A stretch of DNA of 63,528 nt, filler included, from Kipferlia bialata (lineage: Eukaryota), in assembly GCA_003568945.1 (NCBI GenBank). It is 6 parts of 6 records of this genome, joined end to end, with 100 filler letters (N's around TTAATTAATTAA, not from the genome) between each part and the next. Parts side by side here need not be neighbours in the genome. Positions count along the whole stretch, not along the records: positions 37,526 to 49,923 come from BDIP01001088.1; positions 50,024 to 62,393 come from BDIP01001089.1; 4 more parts are not named here. The stretch is one strand, 5' to 3'. Of this stretch, positions 39,722-51,288 are shown piece by piece. The notes under the pieces are model-generated. The model did no database searches and was not told where the DNA came from. It saw only the letters and a list, made by a program, of their open reading frames with translations. Position 1 is the first letter of the stretch, and each line of letters opens with the position of its first letter. The position numbers and the translations under genes are program-made.

Positions 39722-40829
39722 TTACTGGGCAGGGGCTGCGGGTGTCTCGGCTCCCATGGACTGGGCGGCCAGGGCCTTCTGCTGCTCCATGGCGGCGGCA
39801 AGCTTCTCCTGGAGGGTAAGAGGGAGAGGGGAAGAGGGGAAGAGGGGGAAATGGGAGGGGAGTAATGGAGAGAGAGAGCGAGAGAGAGAGAGACAGCTGG
39901 TATAGACTCGTATGTATATACATATACACACCTTGAATCCCATCTTCTTCTGGGCAGGGGGCAGGACCTTCTTGGCGAGCTTCTTGACCATGCGCCTTGG
40001 GGTAAGTACACACATATATAGAATAGCATGCAAGTCAAAAGCACTCCCAAACAAACACAGACACACACACTGAATATATATGCCTACCTGGTGACGAATG
40101 TGAAGAAGAAGACAGAGATGTCTCCCTCAACGGCCTCCTTGGCACCGAACCTGGGGGTGAGACTTAGGAATGGGGGGGGGGGGGGGGGGGGGCTGGGGGG
40201 GAAGAGAAACCTCAGAAGAAGACCTTCACATAATTGATTATCAGAATTGATCTACCCTGCAACAATGTGCATAGTCACACAATGTCCATAGAGTGATACT
40301 AACATGCATACATACACACATACACTCACTTGAGGACAGTGGCGACGATTCCAGACACGGAGCCTGGGGGCAGGGAGAAGAGCACGGATCTCTGCTTGAA
40401 TGTCTTGAAGTAGTACTGCAGACCAAAGTTGCCAAAGAGGTTGAGCATCATGATGCCAGTCTTGGGCTGGCCACCGGCAGCAAGGCCGGGGCTGGCCTTG
40501 AGCACGTTGAGGGCCTCCTCCTCGTCCTTCAGCTCCCCCTCGAGCCTCTCGATCGTCTCATCGTCCTTGGCGGCCTGGGCCTCGCGCAGCTGCTCGTTGA
40601 GAGTGGCAATCTTGGCCTCAAGGTCAGTGACGGGGGTGGTGCGCTGGGGTGAGGAGGGGGGAGCATGGGGGGGCGCAGGGTGGGATATATAGTCAGAAAG
40701 AAGCATCGAAATAGAATAGAGAGCTGTGTAACGTACTGTGTGGGCAAAGTAGGCCAGGATGAACTCCAGGACCAGGATGATCACAACGGCCACGGCAATA
40801 TCAATCAGAACCTCGTCGGTAAGCTGCAT
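39722..40829 (-). CDS. TMCO1: TMCO1-like Oxa1-superfamily (DUF106/EMC3_TMCO1) ER membrane protein
   Basis: 5 exons: TM1 (VLIDIAVAVVIILVLEFILAYF), cytosolic coiled coil (DLEAKIATLNEQL...IERLEGELKDEEEAL), TM2 followed by RSVLFSLP (cf. TMCO1 RVVAKLP), and GDISVFFFTFVTRRMVKKLAKKVL (cf. DCSFIFLYILCTMSIRQNIQKIL). Confidence 0.6.
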
Positions 40830-41026
40830 TCTCGCGACAGAGAGGCCTGTGGCAGGGCAACGTCATCTCTGCACAAAGGGTTCATATCAGTTTTTGTCAC
40901 TTCTCCCTGACACACGAACATGTTGCAGTCAACTTACACGAAGCAATTCATTACAACATACACCCCCAAAACGCGGGGCGTCACACAAAACAAACTATAC
41001 AACACACACTACATCCTGATAACAAG

Positions 41027-44000
41027 CTAATCCTTCTGGATAGGGACGAATGTCTCCCCGGCCTCTCCCTCGTAGTAGAAGAGCACCCCGGCCCCACTCT
41101 CCCTCTCCTGCATGCCCTTGGGACCCAGGAGGGTGGAGAGTAGGTCTCCCTCTCCCTCTCCCTCTCCCTCCTCATCCTCCTCAGAGTATGAGTATGAGTA
41201 GCTGCCACTGCTGCTACCCTCCTCCTCCTCCTCCTCCTCCTGGCCTGCACTCTCCCTCTCCCTCTCCCTCTCCTTCTCTCTCTCCCGCTCTGCCCTCATC
41301 CTGGCCAGGGGGTTCATCACAGTGGTCTGCTCCACAGGCTGGGCACCAGTGTCAGTAACCACAGAGGAACGCACCTACTGATTAATACAATGCTAAAGGT
41401 ACATACACGTAAATCTATATTTACACATATACATAAGTCAATGATATTATATATCATTGGTACAATAAGTAACAGAAATATAAACCACATATACAAATGC
41501 ACTAATACGCACCTCCTCGAATGAGACCGACGACTGTCTCCGGTGTGTCCTGAGTGTGGATGGTGCCTTGTCAGGGGTCTCATCAAAGGTCGCTATGCCC
41601 ATGGTAGAGGCAGATGTGGATAGATTGGACAGGGTGCTGTCCTCCTCACTGCCAGTGCCAGTGGTGAAGAGGGTGCCCCTCTGCCTGTCCAGGGGGGTGA
41701 CCTGGAGGGTGAGACACAGCGTACATATATATACAGAGATAGAGAGAGGGAGAGAGGGATAGTGCCTCAATCAATTCAAAGGGGTATGGAACAGATGGTG
41801 ATAGACATACACAGACAGAGAGAGAGACATGGAGTACCTGTGGCATTGACTCTGGGGCTGGTATGGGTGAGTCTGCCCTGCTGCCCTGACAGGTCAGTGG
41901 GTATGTACATACACATACATACACACACAATTATAAATGTATAGAGAGAGAGAGAGACTGTATTGTTCACGAGTGTGTCTACCCTGCTGCCCTGACATGT
42001 CAGTGTGGTGCATTCATTCAGAATATTAGTAGGTAGATATACATGGAGAGAGAGAGAGAGAGACTGTGTAGTGCATGGGTGAGTCTACCCCGCTGTACTG
42101 ACAGTGAGAAGGGGATATATACACACATACATAATATACATAAAAATATGTACACACATATATAATATACATAAAAATATATACACACATATATAATATA
42201 CATAACATACAAATGGAGAGAGAGAGAGAGACAGAAGATGGAGCAATTACTACCTGACTGTCCATGTCAATGACCCCCTGGAACAGTCTCTTCTGACTGA
42301 GGCTGGTATTCAGTGTCTTGACTGTCTGGGGGGGTGACCCAGAGTCAGACATACTACCACTCCCACTGGAGTCACTCTCACTATCACTCTCAGTGTCACT
42401 CATGTCACTCCCTGCCCCCATCATGACCCCAGCTATAAAGGGGTCTAGGGCACCAGTCTCCTTGAGAGTGGTGGGGGATGCCCCACCAGAGGGTAGGGTG
42501 GATGGTATGGTGGTAGAGAGGGAGGTGTTGTTGGACTCTGAGGGCCCAGGGGAGAGGTCGAGACCTGGTGAGGCAGGGTTGAGAATGCCATCCCCCTCTC
42601 CCTCATCGTCATCACTCATGCCACCTAGCAAGGCGAATATACTAGGTGCCGCAGCAGGTGCAGGTGTGCTAGGTGCATTAGGCGTGGGTGCCTTTGGTCG
42701 TGTGGGTGACACCGCAGACACCATGGCAGCTGGGGTGTAGGGGGACAGGGTGGCCTCACTAGTACGCCTGGGTATAAGGCATAGTCTAAGTATCCAATAT
42801 ATACAATAGAGAGAGAGAGAGAGATGCATGGCCTCATAGTATACAAATAGTAATTATAGTACATATATATAGCATTACCTGCTGAGTGACCTTGTGACCC
42901 TCTCCCTCTCCTCCTCTGCCACCATGTCTCTGTCATCTGCACTGGATACCATGGCACCCACCCTGCCACCCCTGGTCACCTCACTCACACTCGCACGGGT
43001 GCTGGTGCGGCCATCCCTAGAGTCAGGGTGAAACAGGTTACATCTCTCTCTAGACACCTTAAAGGGGTGTTACACTATATTGCATAGAGAAGTATATATA
43101 TATATATCACTCACACTCGCACGGGTGCTGGTGCGGCCATCCCTGCAGAGTCAGTGGGGGACAGTGTCATACACAAATATATAGATAGGTATATAAACTC
43201 TATATACCTGGCACGGGTGCTGGTGCGGCCATCCCTGCAAGAGTTAGTACGGATATTGGTAGATGNNNNNNNNNNNNNNNNNNNNNNNNNNNNNNNNNNN
43301 NNNNNNNNNNNNNGTAGATGTATATATATGAACATGAATATACACCTCTCACAATATGATATAGGTGTGGCACGGGTGCTGGTGCGGCCATCCCTGAGGT
43401 CAGTGGGGGACAGTATCATACACAAATATATAGATAGATAGGTATATAAACCCTATATACCTGGCACGGGTGCTGGTGCGGCCATCCCTGAGGTCAGTGG
43501 GCGTCTCTCTCTATATGTAGAATAGAGAGGTATATATGTCTATATTATACTATATATGTATACCTAGCCAGGGAGGCTGCATCTCCAGCAGACCGCCGGG
43601 TGGTGCTGCTCTCGCCATCCACAGCACTGAACCTGGGTGGTGAGGGATGAGTTACATAGGTATACGCTTATATTGAGCGAGGGAGGGGGGGTGAGGGGCT
43701 GCTCTCGCCATCAACGGCACTGAACCTGGGGGTGAGGTACACACATGCACACATGAATATATACACTACATACTCTTCATTACCTCGATATGAGCCTTGC
43801 TATCAGGGACACTGGCTCCCCCTCTGCCTCTGTGATGGAGTCCTCTCGGTACGAGGCAGAGTCCTCAGACACCTCCTAGAAGTTAGAGAGAGAGAGAGAG
43901 ATGGGAAAGAGGGACATATAGATAGAAAGAGAGAGGGATGATAGTGATGGGGTCCTCTCTATATGAGGCAGAGTCCTCAGACACCTCCTGGGGGGTTAGA

Positions 44001-44400
44001 CATATATATATATATATATATATAGTGTATACAGTACCTTAACAGCCGGCCTTCCACTTCTGACCACCAGGGATGTCAGGAGATCTGGGCTTCCTCCCAT
44101 GGCCTGACTTTCTCCCTCTCCCTCTCCCTCACTCTCAGTCTCAGTCTCCATACCACTATCACTCTCGGCAGCAGAGCCTCGGGACCTGGGGTTAGGAGAC
44201 AAAGAGAGGCTAGCTATATATACTCAAATATCTAGGAATGTGTAAATACTTGTGAATGCGTGGACGCCACATGACAAGCTACATTATACACATACTATAC
44301 ATATGTAAAAATGTATCCATTACCTCCTCCGTTGCTCCTTCTCCTGCTGTTTACGTCTCTTGCGCATGGCCCTGCCCTCCTTGCCAGGGACCTGGGGTTA

Positions 44401-44454
<54 letters not shown>

Positions 44455-47400
44455 CATAGTACAGTGCAATGATGGGAATGATACCTTTGCAATAGCGGCC
44501 TCCCTCTCCCTCTCCTGCTCTGCCTCCCTCATCTCTCTCTCCCTCTCCCTCTCCTCCCTCTCCTCAGGGGGGGTCAGCCCACCCTCGGCCTGGGCGTGAG
44601 AAGGATCAACAGAGTCACAGTCATGCGTCAATATACAAAGCATTCATATATACAGTGGTTCACCAACAATATATATGAATTCATTAGTATATACACTATA
44701 CCTGTGCCTGTCCCAGTAATGACCCATCCGCCAGTGTCATTGTCAGATCCACGCTGTCTGTCTCAGAGCGCTCTCCACGCCAGTACCTAGGGGGTGAGTG
44801 CTAAAACCGCAGTGAGAATATACTTCCATACATCCATATACATATATATATCCACTCACTTTCTAGAATGCTCTAGCTCCCTCTGTAATGAGGCTGCCAG
44901 GTATGGGTATGGGTATACACATACTATACACACTATAAATATATAAATGGATCTACATACTTTCTACTGTGCTCCAGCTCCCTCTGTAATGATGCTGCCA
45001 GGTTGGTGCTCCTGAGGAAGCCCTGGCTGTCCTCGTCCTGAGGGTTATTGAACATATATATATATAGATATAGAGAGAGAGAGAGAGAGGGAGGGAGAGG
45101 CCTGGCGGTCCTCGTCCTGGGGGTTAGGGAGAGAGAGTGGGGTAGTATATATACATAATTGTAGAGAGAGTGAAAGAGAGAAAATACATAGTAACCCACC
45201 TCGTCTGAGTCTGAGCAATATAAAATATGTGTGTACATGTATATACCTTGTGCACATATCATAAATAAGCATACCTCGTCTGAGTCTGAGGATGTGTCAC
45301 TGGATGTCTCTGACTTGGGGGGACGGGACACAGGGGTCTGGAGTCAGACAGGTGATAAGAGAATACGTATATATACACATATATATACATATATGTGGAG
45401 GTGTCAGACTTGGGGGCACGGGATACAGGGGTTTGAGGGTTAGGAAGGACACACAGATATATACATAGACAGAGTGGACAACCCATACCTCCCCCCTGAT
45501 GCGTGAGAACACACTCTTGACATCGATGTCCTCATGCTCCACAGAGCCCCGGGTCTCTCTCTCTCCCTCTACACCCTTATTGACATGGACAGGGGGTGCA
45601 GACTGGGCTGGCAGTCGCTGTGCCTCCCTTTCCTGAGGAGGCTCTACCCTGGCAGGGTATGTGGGTATGGGAGTGGGAGAGGCAGAGGGGGAGAGAGAGG
45701 GGGTGGGGGACCGAGATGACATGGAGTCGTGGTCACGTGATGGAGAGACAGGGGCAGGCGAGGGAGAGTACACTGGTGCCTTCTCAGGCACTGGTGTTTC
45801 TCTCACTTCCACTCTCTCCCTCTCCCTCTCTCCCTCACTCTCTGTGTCTGTGTGGGTGTGTGAGGACATGTCACTACTCAAGGCAGCCGCATCATACGCA
45901 GCCATCTCCCTCTCCCTCGCACGCAGTCTCTCCTGCTCTCTCTCTCTCTCCCTCTCCCTCGCAAGTTCGCGATCCCTCTCCCGCTGCTCAGCACGTCTCT
46001 CCTCTCTCTCCCTCTGCTCCCTCACCCTCTCTCTCTCTCTCTCCGCCCGTCTCTCTTCCCAGGCTCTCTCCGTCTGCCTCTGCTTCTCCAGCTGATCAGC
46101 AGCACGCCTCGCCTCTCTCTCCCTCTCCCTCTCCCTCTCTCTGGTCGACCTACTCCTCTCCCCGCCCTTCCTCTCTCTCACAGATACACTGGGACTAGCA
46201 CCTGCACCCGACACTCTCTCCCTCTCCCCCCTCTGCCTAGTCTGTGGGTTGCTGTGTCTGTTGTTGTTGACGAGGTCTGTGGTACTACCCCCCATACCCG
46301 TACCCCTCAAGGGCATACCCCTACCAACAGTCACCTCAGGGGTGTCAGTCTCTCTCTCTCTCTCTCTCTCTCTGACGAAGGTGTGCTCCGGTATCTCCCC
46401 CCCGAATGGCGTGTCTGCCTCAGGCTGGGTGGCCATCAGCCTCTCCTCGGCCTTCTCCCTCTCTCTCTCCCTCTCAAGCTCAGCCACCCTCTGTAGTAGT
46501 ATGGCAATCTCCCTCTCTCTCTCCAGGGCAGCGGGGGATAGAGCATCACCACCCCTAACACCAGTAGTAGTAGTAGTAGCACTAGTACCCTTCACTGGTG
46601 TCTTGACAGTGGGGTGCACTGGCTCGCTAGAGGGTCTATTAGACGCTCTAGACGCTCTAGTAGGTCTGGCCTTGGGTGGTGAGCGTACATGCCTCCTCAC
46701 ACTAGATGTGTGTGTGTCTGTGTCCCTGGATGCAAAGATGGTGGGGGTGGAGGCGGTGTCGCTGTCGGTGCCCTAGAGTATAAGACACATATGTCATCAA
46801 ATATAACATGCTTGGATCAGTGGAATACTTGGTTACACAATATAGGAGAGAGAGAGCACTGCAATACCTTTATGACACTGGATGGAGGTGGGAGTAAGCG
46901 TCTGCGCACACTGCCACTGCCAGTCACAACTTGGGGGGGCCTACAAGTGGGAATATAGGAATAGGTATACACTATGGGGTTCTGGGGGGTAAGGATGTAT
47001 ATATAGCTTTCTATACAAAGTATAGAGGGTATGTTATGTGGTAAGAATCCTGTGGATGTAAGTAGAACGCCCCAATACTAGACACTGCAACCTGTACCTA
47101 GCCATGTGTGCCTGTAGGGCGGCTGGTGACACTGTGTCCCTACCGGTGTCAGAGTACCTGGGGGGTCAGACCCATATAATACACTCATAGAGCTATATTC
47201 TTTGTATGTATGTATGATACTGATACTGACACCGTGTCCCTACCGGTCTCAGAGTACCTGGGGGTTAGATCTCTCTCACACACACACACACACACACAAA
47301 CAGACACACTATCTCTCAACAAGCGGGTACGAGTATCTGTGTACCTTGTCCCCGGTGTGGCTGGGCTGTTGATCTTGCCCTGTATCCTGTGCAGCGCATC

Positions 47401-49825
47401 CTGCATCGTGGACACAGACATCCTGAGGGGTTAGAGGGGTATACATATGTATATATATATACTACTATATATATACAACTATATACACCCATATATATAC
47501 TACTATACATATACTCCAATGCAACTCATCCTGCATCGTGGACACAGACATCCTGGGTGGTTATAGGTATACATTATGATATACGTGTTACAACTCTACA
47601 TGATGGGACGGGACACACACAGGATGGCAAGTATCTGTTGAGATATGGATCCAAATACAAACAAATTTGTAAGAGTTCACCAACAACAACCCTATACCTA
47701 ATCGATGACAGGGGCCTTGGCGTCCCTCTACTGCTAGTCCCCATAGCACCCATAGTCCCCATAGCCACAGGGGTAGATGGAGATGGGTGCGAGGAGGGTG
47801 TCCCCACCCCTATGGTACTGGCCAGGTGTCTAGCGGCATATGAGTTTGACCTTGGCCTGGGCAGTGATGCAGTGAGGGAGGGTGCTGTGCCCCCTATCGC
47901 AGTGGAGGCCCTTCTGCTGTGTACAGGCATGGTCCTATTGAACCCCTCCTCACTGCTCTCTCTCTCTATCATGGGGGAGAACCTCTCCATGTAGCGCTGG
48001 TTGATCTCCTGCTCCCGACGCTCAATCTCTCTCTCTCCCTCTGTACCCACTACAGTACCCACAGCCTTGGGTTTCTGTCTCTTCCTCTCTGGCCCCCCTA
48101 GTCTCTCCTGCGCCAGTATCAATGCAGCATGGTGCTTGCCAGCTGAGTTCAGACCAAACAGACACCAGCCCAGGTCAACGACACCTGGGCCACTGGGGTG
48201 TCAGAGGGAGAGAGGAAGGGAGAGAGAGAGAGAACGAGCGAGTACCTCTTGTCACTGGAGAGTATGACAGAGATAGAGTATAACAGAGACACATACGACA
48301 CAGAGAGAGAAAGAGATGGAGAAAACAAGAACCTCTTGTCAGTGGAGAGTATGGCAGCCACAGCAGACAGGTGGGAAGAGAGAGAGGTAGTACACACTCA
48401 CACATATGCATATATATATATATATGGTACCTCTTGTCACTTGCTAGTATGGCAGCCACAGCAGACAGGTATCTACTGTCCCACAGACACTGGGCACCCC
48501 GCCTGTTGGTAAGCATCAGTAGTATCCTATATATGTATACAGATACAGATACTGGTATCTGTCAGTGATAGTGAAAGTATCAGTATCAGTCAGCATCAGT
48601 ATGCATCACATATAAACATATATATACATATGCTGATACCTGTCACTATCACCAGGTGCCGTGTATATGAGACAGCTGGACAGTGATATAGACAGGGAGG
48701 GTGGGGCACTCGTCACAATGGCAAGGGCGCCTCGACCACCTGCAGTTAATATCCAACTCAATACATACAAGCATGTGACAGTAATATCATTATACTACAC
48801 GTCAGAATAGTATATAACGCAAAAGAAAACAATTATAATTCATTTCTTCAGCTTATTAGGGTATATACCTATTGGGTTTCCGACCAGGTCCAGGTTGACC
48901 AGTGTGGTACAGGCTGGCAGGGCCTCGGCCAGGGCACATGCACCTGGGTATCAGTATCAGTCTGATGACATATACAGTATCAGTATCAGAGTCAGGCTGA
49001 TATAGAGTTAGAGAGTGTGTCTGATATATTGCCCTTCTATATACATAGAAACCTGTGTCTGATATGCAGTTGGAGAGGGGGTCACTGTCAGCTGTGTCCT
49101 CTCCATCCATGTCTCCCTCCCCCTCCCCTCTGGGTGTGGTCAGGGAGAAGGATCTAGAGCTGGAGGGGTGCTGGGAGACCTGAGAGATAAGGCATGGTTA
49201 GTATAGATATGGGATAGTCCTCTAGAGTATGGATATACAGAGAGACGGGAGCTGGAGGGGTGCTGCGAGACCTGGGGTTGAGGGGAGATTACTAATCTCA
49301 GATTAGTGAATAAGAGACAGTAGAGTACTATAGAGCACTGTATACCTTTGCTAGCACTGTCACCATCTCCCTGACCCCTGGGATGTCCATGTCTCTGGGG
49401 AGATATATACATACATACATACATATGTATAGTAGTATATATATGATAGAGTACCTTAGCGAGTACTGTCACCATCTCCCTGACCCCTGGGATGTCCATG
49501 TCTCTGGGGAGGTGGGGGGCCCTGCTGCGACTGTTGCCTAGGGTCAGAGAATATATAGGGAACACACACATATATATATAGTAGTAGTCCTGGGAACATT
49601 TATATCATACACAATGGTATCTATATACATATACTGGAATACACATGCGTATATACCCACCTATCCTGAGAGATGTCAGACAGCACAGGGGGGAATACTG
49701 GTATCTCCAAGGTACACACACATATATATAACTATGAAGATACAAGGACACCAATATATACCTATCCTGAGGGATGTCAGACAGCAGAGTGGGGACTCAA
49801 GGAACCTGGCAAGGGCAGTGGCAGC
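41027..49825 (-). CDS. RI-like leucine-rich-repeat protein with very long S/T/E/R low-complexity tail (5' end missing)
   Basis: N-terminal exons read AATALARFLESPLCCLTSLRIG and GACALAEALPACTTLVNLDLVGNPIG/GRGALAI. A ~1.3-kb RE-rich exon lies at ~45490-46770, and the C-terminus is ...ETFVPIQKD* at 41027. The gene spans an internal N gap at 43266-43312. Confidence 0.7.
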
Positions 49826-49860
49826 CTGGGGTCGGGGGTATATATATTTTGTATTCTTAT

Positions 49861-49923
<63 letters not shown>

Positions 49924-50023
49924 NNNNNNNNNNNNNNNNNNNNNNNNNNNNNNNNNNNNNNNNNNNNTTAATTAATTAANNNNNNNNNNNNNNNNNNNNN
50001 NNNNNNNNNNNNNNNNNNNNNNN
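49924..50023. other. Artificial scaffold linker
   Basis: N44-TTAATTAATTAA-N44. Confidence 0.97.
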
Positions 50024-50136
50024 CCATAAGAGAGTCGATATTTTTGCGTATAAAGGGTCACTCGCGAGCCCTATATAAATACTCTTCATATTTTCTCATA
50101 TATATATATAGCGTGTGTATTGTAGCTCACTCTCAG

Positions 50137-50374
50137 GAGTATTGCCGCTCTGTCCAGCATGGCATGGGTTATGTCAGTGCCCAGGAAGACAAGGTAAGTA
50201 TATACGTACATGAGACACGCCAACAACCAACGATAACTCTTTTGACGAGAGTATACTAGCTGTGTAATATGAATCTACCTCACGCTCAGATGGACAGATT
50301 TGGCAAAAGGTACCACCTCTGAGACAGAGTGTGCCAGTGGGGTGAGGTACATGTGGAAAGGCACAGAACACCAG
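50137..50374 (+). pseudogene. Two exons of an inverted paralog of the 3' end of the 51.3-59.2 kb gene
   Basis: EYCRSVQHGMGYVSAQEDK and WTDLAKGTTSETECASGVRYMWKGTEHQ match the minus-strand EYCSSVQYGVGGVTTKADK (~51709-51769) and WTDVARNTTSETECATGVRHMWKGTEYE (~51415-51499). Confidence 0.6.
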
Positions 50375-51288
50375 GTATATCATGATAAACTAATGCATAC
50401 ATACATATAGTTAGCACTGGGAGATGAAACAGTAGTTCCGTGAATTCAGAGAATACCAGGGAATGGTGCTATCAATGGATCATCTCTTCGATACTCCACT
50501 CCTCCCACTTCCAGGTCTGTGAGTTAGTTAGCGAGACTTTGTTTCTGCCCCTGTTGAAACAGATGCTCCGACTCTCAAAAGGCCTGGACTTAAAGTACAC
50601 AACGGCGCTATTAACAGGGCTACAGGATCGATACTCGAGGCAGACACGCTGATAAACTGTGTAATAGGTTTTGGCACTCCAAAATAGAATTTCTATTCGT
50701 GAATAGAATGTATCGATGGATTATGTGTCGCAATGGTAGTGGAGTGTCTCTGAATGAGTGGATTTGAACTTAATATAGTTTTGGCGGCCGGTGCTATTCC
50801 GTTATGTTGAGTATTGTGCTCAAAAATTCGGAAATGTGAATTCATAAAACGAATTTCGTACTCTGCAGCGACTGGAACCGATTTGATTACTCTAATTGTT
50901 TCATCCTCTCTGCTTCCTCTGCTCATGTATACTCAATCTTACTACACCTTCTATTTGACACTAGTAGTCATTCTAATGTCTACTACTGCTTTGTGGATTT
51001 GTCCCCTGTTCTCCAAATAGCGACAACGTAACCCTTCCAAAAGTACGATTGTATACTTCAGGTCCAAAGCCTCTGAAAGTCGTGACATCTGTTCCAATAG
51101 TGGTAGGAACAGAATGTCGCCAACTAGCTGACATGCCTACAAATAGTAGAACGTAGCTATTGACGTCTAGCGTTTCACGCTGTAGTGCAGTGTGTACGAT
51201 CTACGAAGTAATATAGAAGCTCCAGATCTTTAGTGTAGATTCTAGTACCATAAATCCAGACGTGGTATAGGTCAGAAGAGTGAAATAC

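Noticed and set aside
42985..43500. CRISPR-like 26-bp repeats with spacers (also 30735-31170)
   Set aside because: Eukaryotic context, no cas genes, irregular and mutually homologous spacers; the repeats are exon/splice-site copies.
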